Origin: Laetmonice hystrix
Lineage: Eukaryota
Direction: 5' to 3'
Length of the DNA stretch: 60,000 nucleotides
NCBI GenBank assembly: GCA_965235115.1
Contig: OZ249436.1
Span: 38,008,001 to 38,068,000, forward strand
Position 1 is the stretch's first letter. Each line of letters opens with the position of its first letter. Both the position numbers and the translations under genes were made by a program. Below the pieces are notes generated by a model that saw only the letters and a list, made by a program, of their open reading frames with translations, ran no database searches and had not been told where the DNA came from. Shown here one piece after another: positions 38,801-51,116 of this stretch.

Positions 38801-41275
38801 AGTGAAGTATAGATTGCCCACTTCACCATATAAAGTACATGTAGTATCCTTTCATGCAAAAGAGAAGAACGTTGATATATGACAAATGTACATTTCAAAG
38901 TATGTGACAGAATATCTGTGATTGGCAGAGCTCTTTTCCACTCATTGAAAGGGCACAATCTGGGCCCACCTCGACCAGAAAAATAATTTATATGAGAAGG
39001 TGTCATTCATTCTGCGTGGAAATCTGCTGGCCAGCTATATGAAGAATTCAATAAAAACAAAACAACATTCAAAACATACAAAACGGGGAGGGAGTTAATT
39101 GAGTTCTTCCTGGATTCACCGATTCGATTCAAACATGAGGTGTTGGAAGGGAGGAGGGTGGGTTATATCGCCCCGGAGCTGGTCTGCATCCATGGGATCA
39201 GGAAACAGTCTCATGTATAAAAGGTCACGTCCATTTCTGGGTGTATGGTAGTGTTTAATAGGGTGTAGCGATGACTTACACGGATCGCTATCCTGGTCCT
39301 AGAATGGGAAACCCGGACAGACTTATACGTTACCTGGGCAGGTAATTAATGGAAAGGGAAAGCGAATGGTTGTTGGGTCTAATATTACCAACAGGTATGC
39401 ACGTCACAGCAAACATTTCCAATGTCTTTTCAAAGCTAAACCAGTTTAAACACGTAGGCCACAATAAAAAATAAAAATAAAATTGCTTGCTTTATTGCTG
39501 CGTATTGATACCATGAGTACTACTTGAACGTATGGATATAAGTGCCTGCATACAAATTTACATCGATTGTATTTTTAAAGTAGGCTACAATTGATGGCGG
39601 GTAGGGACCTGCATGCTTCCCTGGTAGCTTGGCAGGCCAATATATAGACCCATAGGTAGGTCATAATAATATAGTTCCCAGGAATCCAGGGTAGCACACC
39701 TATAAGAGATCGAGCGTGTTTGGTCTTGCATCATGCCCCATAAATGTGTCTAGGCCGCTGTGACGCCGATGATGCTCCTCTAGGCCGGACTTTGGGACGA
39801 TCGAGGCCCGCGGTCGATCGAGGCTCGCGTCGGCACCGCCCTCTGCCGACAAGGCCAGTATAGGCCTACAGGAGGCCTACATGTCTCAGCTCAGACCCAA
39901 GCGACGGTCACACATTATGCTCAGACTTAAAACACGTCGCATACATAATGTCTACGCCACACATAAAGTCCGAGTCGTTTTATCTTGTCTGGATGTGAAT
40001 ATGAGTCGTTTGCCCGTTCGATAGTCATTAATAGATTAATTGTAATTAATTGTAATTAATATTATATCCAGAAATTGGTTAAAGGGGCGAGGGGTGGGTA
40101 CTTCAGAGATGGCCATAGGCCATGCTCCTTTGGGAAATAAAAAAGATACATCAAATAATGCAATCTTGTGTGGAAATATAAAGATTTCCCTTGGTTAAAA
40201 TAATAGGCCTACATCTTTTACACTCGGGTCTATTTTACAAAAAAAGTCCTGAATATAGGTATTTTTTCGACCGGGGGGGGGGGGGTTCCGGGTACTTGGA
40301 AACCCCCATCCTGGATACGATAATGCACAGGAGGACTCGGGATAATAGTGACCCGATTTATCAACCTGAAGATACGATTTTAATTTCATTCACATATATT
40401 ATTGTTTTTAAACGTTTAAAACTTTAAAACATTTAGTTCATTATACTTCAGTAGAGTGATTGGTGCTGTAATTTGCCCTCCTTTCCACATAGACTTGAGT
40501 GAAGTACTGTTTGTACACTGATTTCTTCTAGTTGGGACTACCCACCTGCAAGTGCTTAGACAAAGGAATAACATCCTTCAGTCGCCTGGGGATGCATAAC
40601 TTTACCGTTTTGTGACTTAACGGGGCGGGTTAAAATGTGCTGGCACTCTGCAGACTATATGGTCAAGAGGGGCGTGGCATTCGGTTCACAATCAGGTAGT
40701 TCGCCCACCACCTCCTCGAAGCGAGACCTCTCCAGTCCCAAAGTGAGCTTGGAGATTCCTTTGTTTGGGCGGGGACTTGGAAGAGTCCTTCACAGTCCAC
40801 CGAGGGACCATGGAACAGAGAAATGCGAGTGCGAAGCGAACACTGGTCCACTCGACGCTCGGCGTGCGGTGCCAGCGTTCCCCGTGCCCCCTTGACCCCC
40901 TGGGGCGCGGCCGATCCTGACTGATGGTCCTTTGCCTGCTTGACGCCACTATCAAGACTTCAAGTAGCCCTCAAGCGTCCCCGAAGTTCGACAAGTGAAT
41001 GTCGTAAGCCTATAGCTATCCCACAGTCCGGTTTCCATTAGCTCCCAACTATTACGCCAGAATTGACAGTTCAGCTTTACGTTTCATCATGGCCTTTTAA
41101 CGCCTCAAAATAAAAAGTTCTACTTTTTTTTTCTCGTTTGTTCTTGCTGACCATAGGCCAACCAGTTGAAATCCTAATTTAAAGAAGTCACATTTCTTAA
41201 ATGGTAAACGTATCGCCTACTTCTGGCCCTTCCAGTCCAAACAGTATCGGTGGTGGAGCAGTGCATTAAATTTTG

Positions 41276-42900
41276 AACGGTGGATTGAATGCCAAGTTTT
41301 CCGCGCCCACACACATCCAGAGTCGACGGTGGATTGAATGACAAGCTCTCCACCACCACACACTTCCACTCACTGGAGTGGACGGTGGATTGAATGACAA
41401 GCTCTCCACCACCACACACATCCACTCACTGGAGTGGACGGTGGATTGAACGACAAGCTCTCCACCACACACATCCACTCACTGGAGTCGACGGTGGATT
41501 GAATGACAAGCTCTCCACCACCACACACACATCCACTCACTGGAGTGGACGGTGGATTGAACGACAAGCTCTCCACCACCACACACATCCACTGACTGGA
41601 GACGACGGTGGATTGAATGACAAGCTCTCCACCACACACACATCCACTCACTGGAGTGGACGGTGGATTGAATGACAAGCTCTCCACCACCACACACATC
41701 CACTCACTGGAGTGGACGGTGGATTGAATGACAAGCTCTCCACCACCACACACATCCACTGACTGGAGTCGACGGTGGATTGAATGACAAGTTCTCCACC
41801 ACACACTCACTCACTGGAGTGGACGGTGGATTGAACGACAAGCTCTCCACCACACACATCCACTCACTGGAGTGGACGGTGGATCGAATGACAAGCTCTC
41901 CACCACCACACACATCCACTCACTGGAGTGGACGGTGGATTGACCGACAAGCCCTCCACCACCACACACATCCACTCACTGGAGTGGACGGTGGATTGAA
42001 CGACAAGCCCTCCACCACCACACACATCCACTCACTGGAGTGGGCGGTGGATTGAACGACAAGCTGTCCACCACCACACACATCCACTCACTGGAGTGGA
42101 CGGTGGATTGAATGACAAGCTCTCCACCACCACCACCACACACATCCACTCACTGGAGTCGACGGTGGATTGAACGACAAGCTCTCCACCACACACATCC
42201 ACTCACTGGAATGGACGGTGGATTGACCGACAAGCTCTCCACCACCACACACATCCACTCACTGGAGTGGACGGTGGATTGACCGACAAGCCCTCCACCA
42301 CCACACACATCCACTCACTGGAGTGGACGGTGGATTGAACGACAAGCCCTCCACCACCACACACATCCACTCACTGGAGTGGGCGGTGGATTGAACGACA
42401 AGCTCACCACCACCACACACATCCACTCACTGGAGTGGACGGTGGATTGAACGACAAGCCCTCCACCACCACACACATCCACTCACTGGAGTCGACGGTG
42501 GATTGAACGACAAGCTCTCCACCACCACACACATCCACTCACTGGAGTGGGCGGTGGATTGAACGACAAGCTCACCACCACCACACACATCCACTCACTG
42601 GAGTGGACGGTGGATTGAACGACAAGCCCTCCACCACCACACACATCCACTCACTGGAGTGGACAGTGGATTGACCGACAAGCTCTCCACCACCACACAC
42701 ATCCACTCACTGGAGTGGGCGGTGGATTGAACGACAAGCTCACCACCACCACACACATCCACTCACTGGAGTGGACGGTGGATTGAACGACAAGCTCTCC
42801 ACCACCACACACATCCACTCACTGGAGTCGACAGTGGATTGAACGACACGGTCTCGACAACCACACACATCCAATGACTGGAGTGGACGGTGGATTGAAC
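41276..42900. repeat. 56-bp satellite, ~29 copies
   Basis: Unit GACGGTGGATTGAATGACAAGCTCTCCACCACCACACACATCCACTCACTGGAGTG with variable CAC/CA counts; no unique spacers. Confidence 0.97.
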
Positions 42901-44064
42901 ATGTCTTAACGGGCTTGGATCATCGATCGGATATTATCTAAATCCTGGAGACGGTCTGGCCTTCAGCACATTATTAACATCACTCATCGCTGGGGCGGTC
43001 GATTGATTTATTTAAGATCGAATCTGAGTGGTTCCAATTCCAGATTGCGAGATCTAAAGGGAAAGTTATGTGTGGTACATGATATGAAAAACGGATACTA
43101 TCTAAATGTGACACTAGCTCCAGTTTAAAATGATAGGTATACGGACCTTAGTCAGCACGTGCGGAAGGGCATAGAGCGACCTTGGGAGATGCAAGTTTGG
43201 TAACTTTTCTCTACATAGAGGCTCTAAAAGCAATGATAGTGTTACAGAATTTATGTAGTTTTTTAAAGACCTGACCTAACTCCATTCAATTCATTCGTTC
43301 ATTACATGATTGTACACATTCGTTCCCCCTGCATGCCAAAGCCTCCCTTCCTGCGGGGTTAGGCTCCCAAGCGGATTTCCGTAGATGTAGAGGGTCTACC
43401 CCTCTATGTGGGCTGGCTAACCCTTGTTGGGTCTTGGAGTGGATTACCGAGCGAAACATTAAGCTGAATTGCAAACCATTAGTTCATTCCGACGGACACG
43501 CGTATTTGAGGTTACGTGCGTATGCAGGCCATGTGATGTATCGGGCCTAATACGCACGCAAGACGCAAGTTTAGCATTTCTCGGTGTGCGTTTTCTTGTT
43601 AGATATTTGCACATTCAGGTGTTTCTATGTGAGAAGGTATCTGTGTTACCAGTGGTACATGTACATATTACATGTACATTATACATGTACTGTTTTTACA
43701 ACAAATTATACATGTGTTGAACTGTTGATAAAGTATAATTTGTTCACGGGAAAGGCGTATGTATACGTTTTGCGCTGCCATAAATCTCATTAACATATAA
43801 CCTATATTGTTGAAGTCAGCTAAAACTAACAGATATCTAGATGTGTGGCCCTTTAAGTTATTATCCTATAAGCTTTCGGACTACATCGTTGTGTATGACT
43901 ACAAAACATTCAGTGGATTTCAAAAGGCATCAGTCTATGAAAAAAGGGCGGAGGGAGAACCACGGGAGGGACAGCCCCTTTGTCCCCACTCGTTCGGTAT
44001 GACCCTTTATAAATGCGGCATTGTTATACTCATGCAACTGGATCTGGTTATGACATTTGCTCTT

Positions 44065-44303
44065 CAGGCACGGATCCAGGGGGCACGTGCCCCCCCCCCT
44101 TCAGTTGGTCGAGCCCTTTTTTCAATTAAAAAACCGCGTGGTTATAATGTGACCGTGTTACCTTAATTGACTGCCTGAATAAATAATGATCCTTTGGTTC
44201 AAATAATGTTGTTGTTATATTTCAAGTAGGAATTCCGAGATTATAGTTTTACTCAATGTCTATTCTTAAAAGCCCTCCTTAAAAAATCCTGGATCCGTGC
44301 CTG
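44065..44303. mobile_element. MITE, CAG-terminal, ~5-bp TSD
   Basis: CAGGCACGGATCCAGG / CCTGGATCCGTGCCTG; flanks CTCTT/CTCTG. Confidence 0.8.
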
Positions 44304-45217
44304 CTCTGAAAGTTTGCCCGCGGGCATTCCTGTATATAGACTGAGTGAGACCCAGTCGTCCTGCATGGACAACCTTTGTTTGGATGACGTGGGTGAGGGT
44401 ATGAGTGGGTAACAAGGGGTAGAAACAAACTCACCTGTATAGGTTTGAGATAAACAAGGCTATAGCAGTAGGGGAACCTTACGTCACTGCTAGGATTCCT
44501 ATATAGGGAGCAGTCAAGAGTCAGGACAGATTGAGCGTTATGTTCGACACCATTTTCTAAGTGTGGGATTTAACCTTTGGGATCTGGGTGTATTTTACCT
44601 TACTCAAGTATAACTTGGTGTGTTGTGGACCGTTTCATTATACTCCTGACTCATTTGGTCTTTAAAAGGACGTTTGAAAAGGTCCTACTGCAAAATAGAG
44701 ATCTATAGGGACAAGGCTTGGGGCACCCATCCGGTATAGGGCACAGTTACATTACACCCCCCCCCCCCCCAATCCAACCTTTCCCCGCAGACAGATCCTC
44801 CGAAACGGATGGGCAGTCAAGGGTATCATGTCCAAATGAAACACAAACTCACGTGTACATATATTTACATTTAATTGTCCTCTGTCTGACTCCAGCTCCC
44901 TGTCAATGAGTGAGGTGGTGTGGGGGTGGAGGCGTGGGGGGGGCGCTTCTGGGGTAGACTATAGTGGGGTGTTGTGGGGGTGGAGGCGGGGGGCGCTCCT
45001 GGGGTAGACGAATGCCTACACGTTACCCCGTGTTGGCATTCGGTTGTCCACGGAGACTTGGTTCTATAATGCTGGGTGTGTAGACTTTGTTGATACGCAA
45101 AATAAATTTATATTATAAAAAGTAATCTATATATGCCCATACGAGTGTTACTTACATTGAAGTACTAGGCTACTAATCTTTCGCCGAGAATTTATTTTAT
45201 GTTGAATGCATGGGTTT

Positions 45218-45255
45218 CTGACTGACTGACTGACTGACTGATTGACTGACTGACT

Positions 45256-45290
<35 letters not shown>

Positions 45291-45315
45291 CGACTGTCTG
45301 ACTGACTGACTGACT
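45218..45315. repeat. (CTGA)n microsatellite
   Basis: Direct read. Confidence 0.95.
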
Positions 45316-47766
45316 GCGTCCTTGACCTAATCGGAGCTCCGCCTCTGGTGGCAGGTGTATGAGATTGGTGGAGGGCAGGTATAGGTCTCGTGGAACTGCC
45401 ACTGGACAGACCGTGAGCCTTTGTCTTGTTGTAGAAATATTTATTTGTGGGCCATTAACGCTGTCTTTGTGACGTTCTATTTGCCCGGTTCTGTTTGAGT
45501 TCACTCACGGCAAGAAATGGTTCTCACTGGGGGCAATCAGGCCGGGTCAACTGGACAGTCCTTTCTCAGCGTGGCCTGAGTTCATGCTCTTTACGCACGG
45601 CAGTTGACCCTTCGATAAAAATAAAGTTTGTATTGATTTTACAGTGTACGGATACACAAACGTACCTTATTATTAAACGCATTTTTTTACTTGTAGCTAT
45701 AAGAAATGCATTGCCCATGATCGTACAAATCTTTTTTGATGAGTATAAAATAAAACATGAAGAATTAAGCTACCGACCAGGAACTCTCTGCTAGGTTTAA
45801 TTATGTTCTATTAAAACAGACTTAATATTATAGTTTAGGCCTAGTAAATTAAGGGAACCCCAATTGGATATCACATATCAATAGGCTATACAGTTGGAAC
45901 ATCATTTTACATGGTTTTACCAGGCCATGATGAGGCTTGTATCAAATATAGCTTGACTTTTCCTGTCCATGTGGATCATGTCTCTAAAAGATGAAAGGGG
46001 GTAGAAACATGCCTAGAAACGGTAATTCTAACCCAATATATATATATATATATTTTTATGTTATTTTTATGTTATGGAGAATTTTCGTTTATCTCCAATA
46101 GATAGGGCCTATACATACGCCTATATATGATTTCTCCTAACAGATAAGAATAAAAAAATGCAGGCTTAAATACAACTGAAACACGAAGCATAATATATTA
46201 TATTAGAACAATTCCGTACACTAGGCACAGTAAAGGCCTACATGTTGAGTCCGAGCAGATTGTAGATAGCGTATACGATTGTACTGGTCAGAACAGAGAT
46301 GAATGTCCTAGCATGGGGTGGATGGGGAGGCCTTCTGTCCTCACGATATCTTCGCCATCGTACAGCAGAGATTTCAACACCTACGTTCGAAAATTATAAA
46401 GTCAGAACCAGGATAATTACTATGAGATAGGTGTACAATGGTGTTTGGCAGACAATGGGCAAGGAGTGTGTGGGAATTACCCTTCATTGTAGCCAGACTA
46501 CACACGGCAATTACTTGCGCAATACCGCGTGCCTCCCATGGGTTCAGTAAGCCCTAATGGTGAGACTTCGCTGTATACTTTAAGAGGGCAGGACCTATAG
46601 GAAGCAGATCGTCGGGAGAGGCGCCTATATAGAGGCATTATATAACATATCGCCACCTTAAAACTAAACGGTTTTAAGCCTTCCTCTCACTTTATTAAGT
46701 TATGGGCAATTGAAATTTTACTGTCGCATCCGTAGAGGATCTACCTGCAGATACCGAGCCTATACTATCAGTGCGGCTGGAATGGCATACCTATACTGGG
46801 CCGCACCTATATAGCTGCCCCCCACCCCCAAGTAATCATGGTGAAAGTGCCCTTTTTAGGGGAACTGGGAAGCACTGCAGGAATACCAATTCAGTCTGAT
46901 CGAGATCAGAGTGCCCTTCTAAACCTATGTTTGCCCCCTTCCCCCACGCCCTGAACTAACTCAACTTAACCTAATTGTCATTAAGGATCCATTAATTCTC
47001 GGGTCGCGATATATCCCGTGCCAAAGTATTTCACTAATACACAGAGAATACTTAGGCTTGCCGATACCATATGTACTCACATTCCTCGAGAATTAGACAC
47101 TAACCCCTGAAATACATGATGACATTAAATGTTTTTATGGTATAGACCCACAACATAACATTTTAAAATAAAAGAACCCCTTGTGGTTAATAATACAAAT
47201 CTGATAAATCGTGGAAATCAGGCATCTCTAACCTGTCGAAATGAGATTATGTCTTTACACCTACTTGTAAACAATTACCAGGAACTATAAACCTATCTGG
47301 AAGATTTAAGAGTTTAATTACAGCTAGGCACAGATGACACTAATCCTATAGGTTTTATGGCTGATAACGCAGAGTATAATGCTCAATATCTGACAGTAAT
47401 TAGCGTCAGCACGGCTGCAGACAATAGCTATTGTTGTCAATAATTTAATGATTAAACTGGTTATCTTACCTTATTTCGCACCCCTCCTCCGCGTACCTAA
47501 CAGGTGTACTGTAAATGTGTCGTATACTTGCCCCACCCACACCCTCACCACGATGTAATGGTAATCCTGTAAGCTGTAAACGGTAGACACTGATAGGATT
47601 AAACTGGCGCCAGGGGCAAGTGGGGGCACAATATCGCACGGATCTCTTCAGATTTTAGTATATCGATCATAATATTCGAGATAATAAATATGCCAGGTCT
47701 GACCCCCCCCCCCCCAAAAAAAAAAATTAACAAAAAAGAAAATGTTATTCAGATCGTTCAAGGTTA

Positions 47767-47880
47767 GGGGTGGTTCAATATTTTAAAACGCTATACACTT
47801 TTTAAAAACTGCGAAAAATGTCAATCGAAAAGAGTACTCTTTGTACGCTTGTGAAAATGTTGAGAAAGTTGAACCACCCC
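47767..47880. mobile_element. Mini-MITE, Harbinger-like, TTA TSD
   Basis: TTA|GGGGTGGTTCAA...TTGAACCACCCC|TTA. Confidence 0.8.
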
Positions 47881-48088
47881 TTAAAAATATCCTAACTTTT
47901 GTTTGAAAGAAACCCTCCCATAGGCCTATGTCATGAATATCTCCTTATACAGTGGGGAAACGAATAAGTTAATAGTACATGTAGGCCTACTATGATGTAG
48001 CATAATTATAGGCCTATTTCTCGGTCGGATTACAACCAAATTCGCCTGAAATTGATTGAGTCACAATAAACACTAACACTATCAACAC

Positions 48089-48361
48089 CTGTGGCGGATC
48101 CAGGATTTCAGGAAAGGGGGTGGGGCACCTTTTGGTGGGTAATCGGCGGCCCATTTTCGGGGGGTCTGGGGGGGCCTCCCGCAGAATTATTTTCAGGAAC
48201 ACCGGAGACGTGTTTTCTGAACATTATGGAGTAGTAAATTTCTTCCAAATCTTTCAACGAAATTCATTATTTTTATGCATGAAGCATAGAAAATAAGCAA
48301 AATGCAGTTTGGAAAATAGAGGGCCGGGTGCCCCCCCCCCCCCCCCCCAAATCCGCCACCG
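48089..48361. mobile_element. MITE with 5-bp TSD
   Basis: AACAC|CTGTGGCGGAT...ATCCGCCACCG|AACAC. Confidence 0.75.
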
Positions 48362-51026
48362 AACACGATGTCGATGCTGGAGGTCTTGCGAAGGACATGG
48401 AAAGTTAGGATAGCAGTTATAGGACATGAGAAGGGAAGTGAACGTGTGTGTGGAACTAAATGTGTGACTCGGGTAGAGCGAGAGCAGAGCTGCAGAGACC
48501 AAAATTGATAACCCTGAATTTACTCGGTCACTGTAACTGAAGATCGAGTTAAAGTTTGTTCTTCGTTCTTGTCTTATTACTCTTTCTGTCAGGAGATATT
48601 TTGTTAGCACCGAATTATCCGAAGGTAACAAATGGTCTTATCAGATTGGTTCAACTGGATACATTCCTATAGATAATATAGGTGACATCCTGCCAAAGAA
48701 ATGGAACTGTATAATATATGAGAAAGGTGTTGATATTGCCAATATTTATGAAGATATCGGAGAGGGACATTTTTAGTGGTTATACCACAGAGTTCTGTGG
48801 TTATACCACGTGCAGGGGCGGATCCACAACTGTGTGTGTGTGTGGGGGGGGGGGGGTACATCCAGGATTTTGCAACGGGGAGGGGGGCCTTGATGTATGT
48901 ACAAAACCTCTTAGGTGGGCCGTGGACACACTGCAAAATGATAACCCTGGAGTCCACTGGGGGGTGGGCTTAAGCCTCCAAAGCCTCCTGAGGCTTGTCA
49001 TTTAAACAATAGACTCTATGCAAAATAATAAAATCGAAATTTTACAATGTTGTTAATGGCCAATCAGGCAGCACACGAAAAAGTGCTCATTTTCGAACTT
49101 TAATATCTGAGATAATGTTGATGTCAACAAAATTGATTTCCAAACACTCAGGTAAGAGGAGAATTATAATCATCCACAATCGTTCCTCATGATCGAAATC
49201 GTAGAAGATATAATTATAATGTTCTTTACAAAAGTCCATATTTCAGGTTTTGTCAAAAGCTACTAATGCTGAAATTTGAGTAGTGTGCAGAAACAAAATA
49301 CAATATTTCGCGTGCAGTACTTCCATACTCTGGTAGTCAAAAGGAACACTTAAGTATGCCTAGGCAATAATTCTAATAAACGAACAGCGTTTTTACAGTG
49401 TAGGCAAGGGAAATGCCACCTAGTGAGTCGCGTTGGTACCACTGGGGAAATGTGAGTATTCAAAGCGCCGCGTAGTGAGCTTTAACAGAAAAATGTTTGG
49501 CTTATTTATGCAGTCAACTCGTTTGATGTGGAAATCAGTAGTATTTTTTAAACCATGCACCAAACTGTGTGCCAGAACCTGTCTACTCCATTGAATGCTA
49601 TAGTTAAGACCCGTGTTTTACCAAGGCACCGACTGTTTGGGAGGTTGTAACTTTATTTTGATTCGGCGACCCCCAATTTTTGTTTTGTTTTGAACTATTA
49701 GTCCTCATCCACTTTATCTTGTGACCAAGTTTCAGGAAAAAATTGATGGTCATTTTTTAACTATTAGTCAAAATTACTGAAAAATCCTGGTTTTTTCCCA
49801 TTGAAACCTATAGTAAAGACCCATTTTTCACGGAGGCCTGTATAAAAAAATCTAAATCGGTGACATATGATTTTTTTTTGTTTCTTTGTACATGTACTCC
49901 TAAGATCAAAGGCTATCCCCCATAAAAAAATATTTTGAAAATTCTAGTGGTCGAACACTCACATTTGTCGTTTGGAGGGTGTTTAGCCAACCATGCCACA
50001 TCTTGAGCCAAATTAATTTTTGTTCAATACTGAGAGCCTCCATCCCTCTTCTTCAAATAGGTCTATCAAATAATAGTTCTACTTCTTCAAATTACCCCCC
50101 CCCCCCCCCTCCCCTCCAACAACCACCAGGGCTATGTAAATCCTGGTTACCGGCCTGACACGTGCCCCGCTGAACTCAACTTCGCCCAAATAGCTTTGTG
50201 GCGCCCTCTAGCAACTATTCTTGACTGAACCGACATGACACCTAGCGGCCATTTCACGAACCATACCTGTAATGAGGTTTAAGCCATGCTACGAGTAGGC
50301 CCATGCCTACTATACGTAGTCCTACGTTCTATACCCAAGAATCCTTTAAGCGGAATCTAGTCTATGCTCCGCCGTATCTCCTACCTGCGCGCGAGGCCAA
50401 TTTTTGATAGGCTCTAGGCCCATGACCCTCGCAGTTTAATACCCCCCCCCCCCCGACTCCATATGGGGGACACCGGGTCTAGTTGTGACACTTTTTACAT
50501 AAAATTTGAAATATTTAAAGTATCAAAAATAAAGGATCAATGTAAATATGTAATACTTAATTAAAAACTCCAAACAATGTTCATGTTTAAAATGGAATTT
50601 ATTCATGATATCGTATATGAATGGCAGTTTTCTCCCATTTTTCTCCCAAGACAACACACATATTTCACACTTGCTTTCTCCAGAAGATCTGTTGGGTTAT
50701 CATAATACATTCCTCCTCGTCTTATTTCTTAAGATATCTGTGAAATAACAGAACCAGGTGAGTAATCATAAAAGGGTTCCACCGAAATATTCTTTCATGA
50801 CTGAGGGAACCCCTATCTATTATACAAGCTTCTTTGCTGAACAGTAATCAAATATGTGAACGAAGAGCCATAACTTCCAGCCGATGACAGAAATCTTTAC
50901 AACAAATCCTCACATTTATTCGTAAATTCAATTTGGCTGCCATTTCCCCAAGCCATGAATGTTAACTTTGGATGACGTTTTTAAAAGCTGCAGTATGTGT
51001 TGATGACCAAATGAGATTACGATCAA

Positions 51027-51116
51027 TCATCTCTTCTTGAAGCCATACTTCTTCCTTTCATAAAATAAATCTGTCTTCGCACTGCCAAGGTTGACAATCT
51101 TTGGACATCCATCCCT
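51027..51116 (-). CDS. PHF5A: PHF5A exon 4
   Basis: ttccag|AGG GAT GGA TGT ... AAG AAG AGA TGA. Confidence 0.97.
   Translation of the reverse strand, partial: RDGCPKIVNLGSAKTDLFYERKKYGFKKR

Noticed and set aside
40635..40955. GC-moderate ORFs as exons or LINE end
   Set aside because: No convincing motif or splice sites.
41276..42900. CRISPR-like array
   Set aside because: Units are contiguous near-identical copies without unique spacers; no cas genes; eukaryotic context.
43410..43430. Telomerase RNA template (CTAACCCT)
   Set aside because: No U-rich pseudoknot, CR4/5 or H/ACA features follow.
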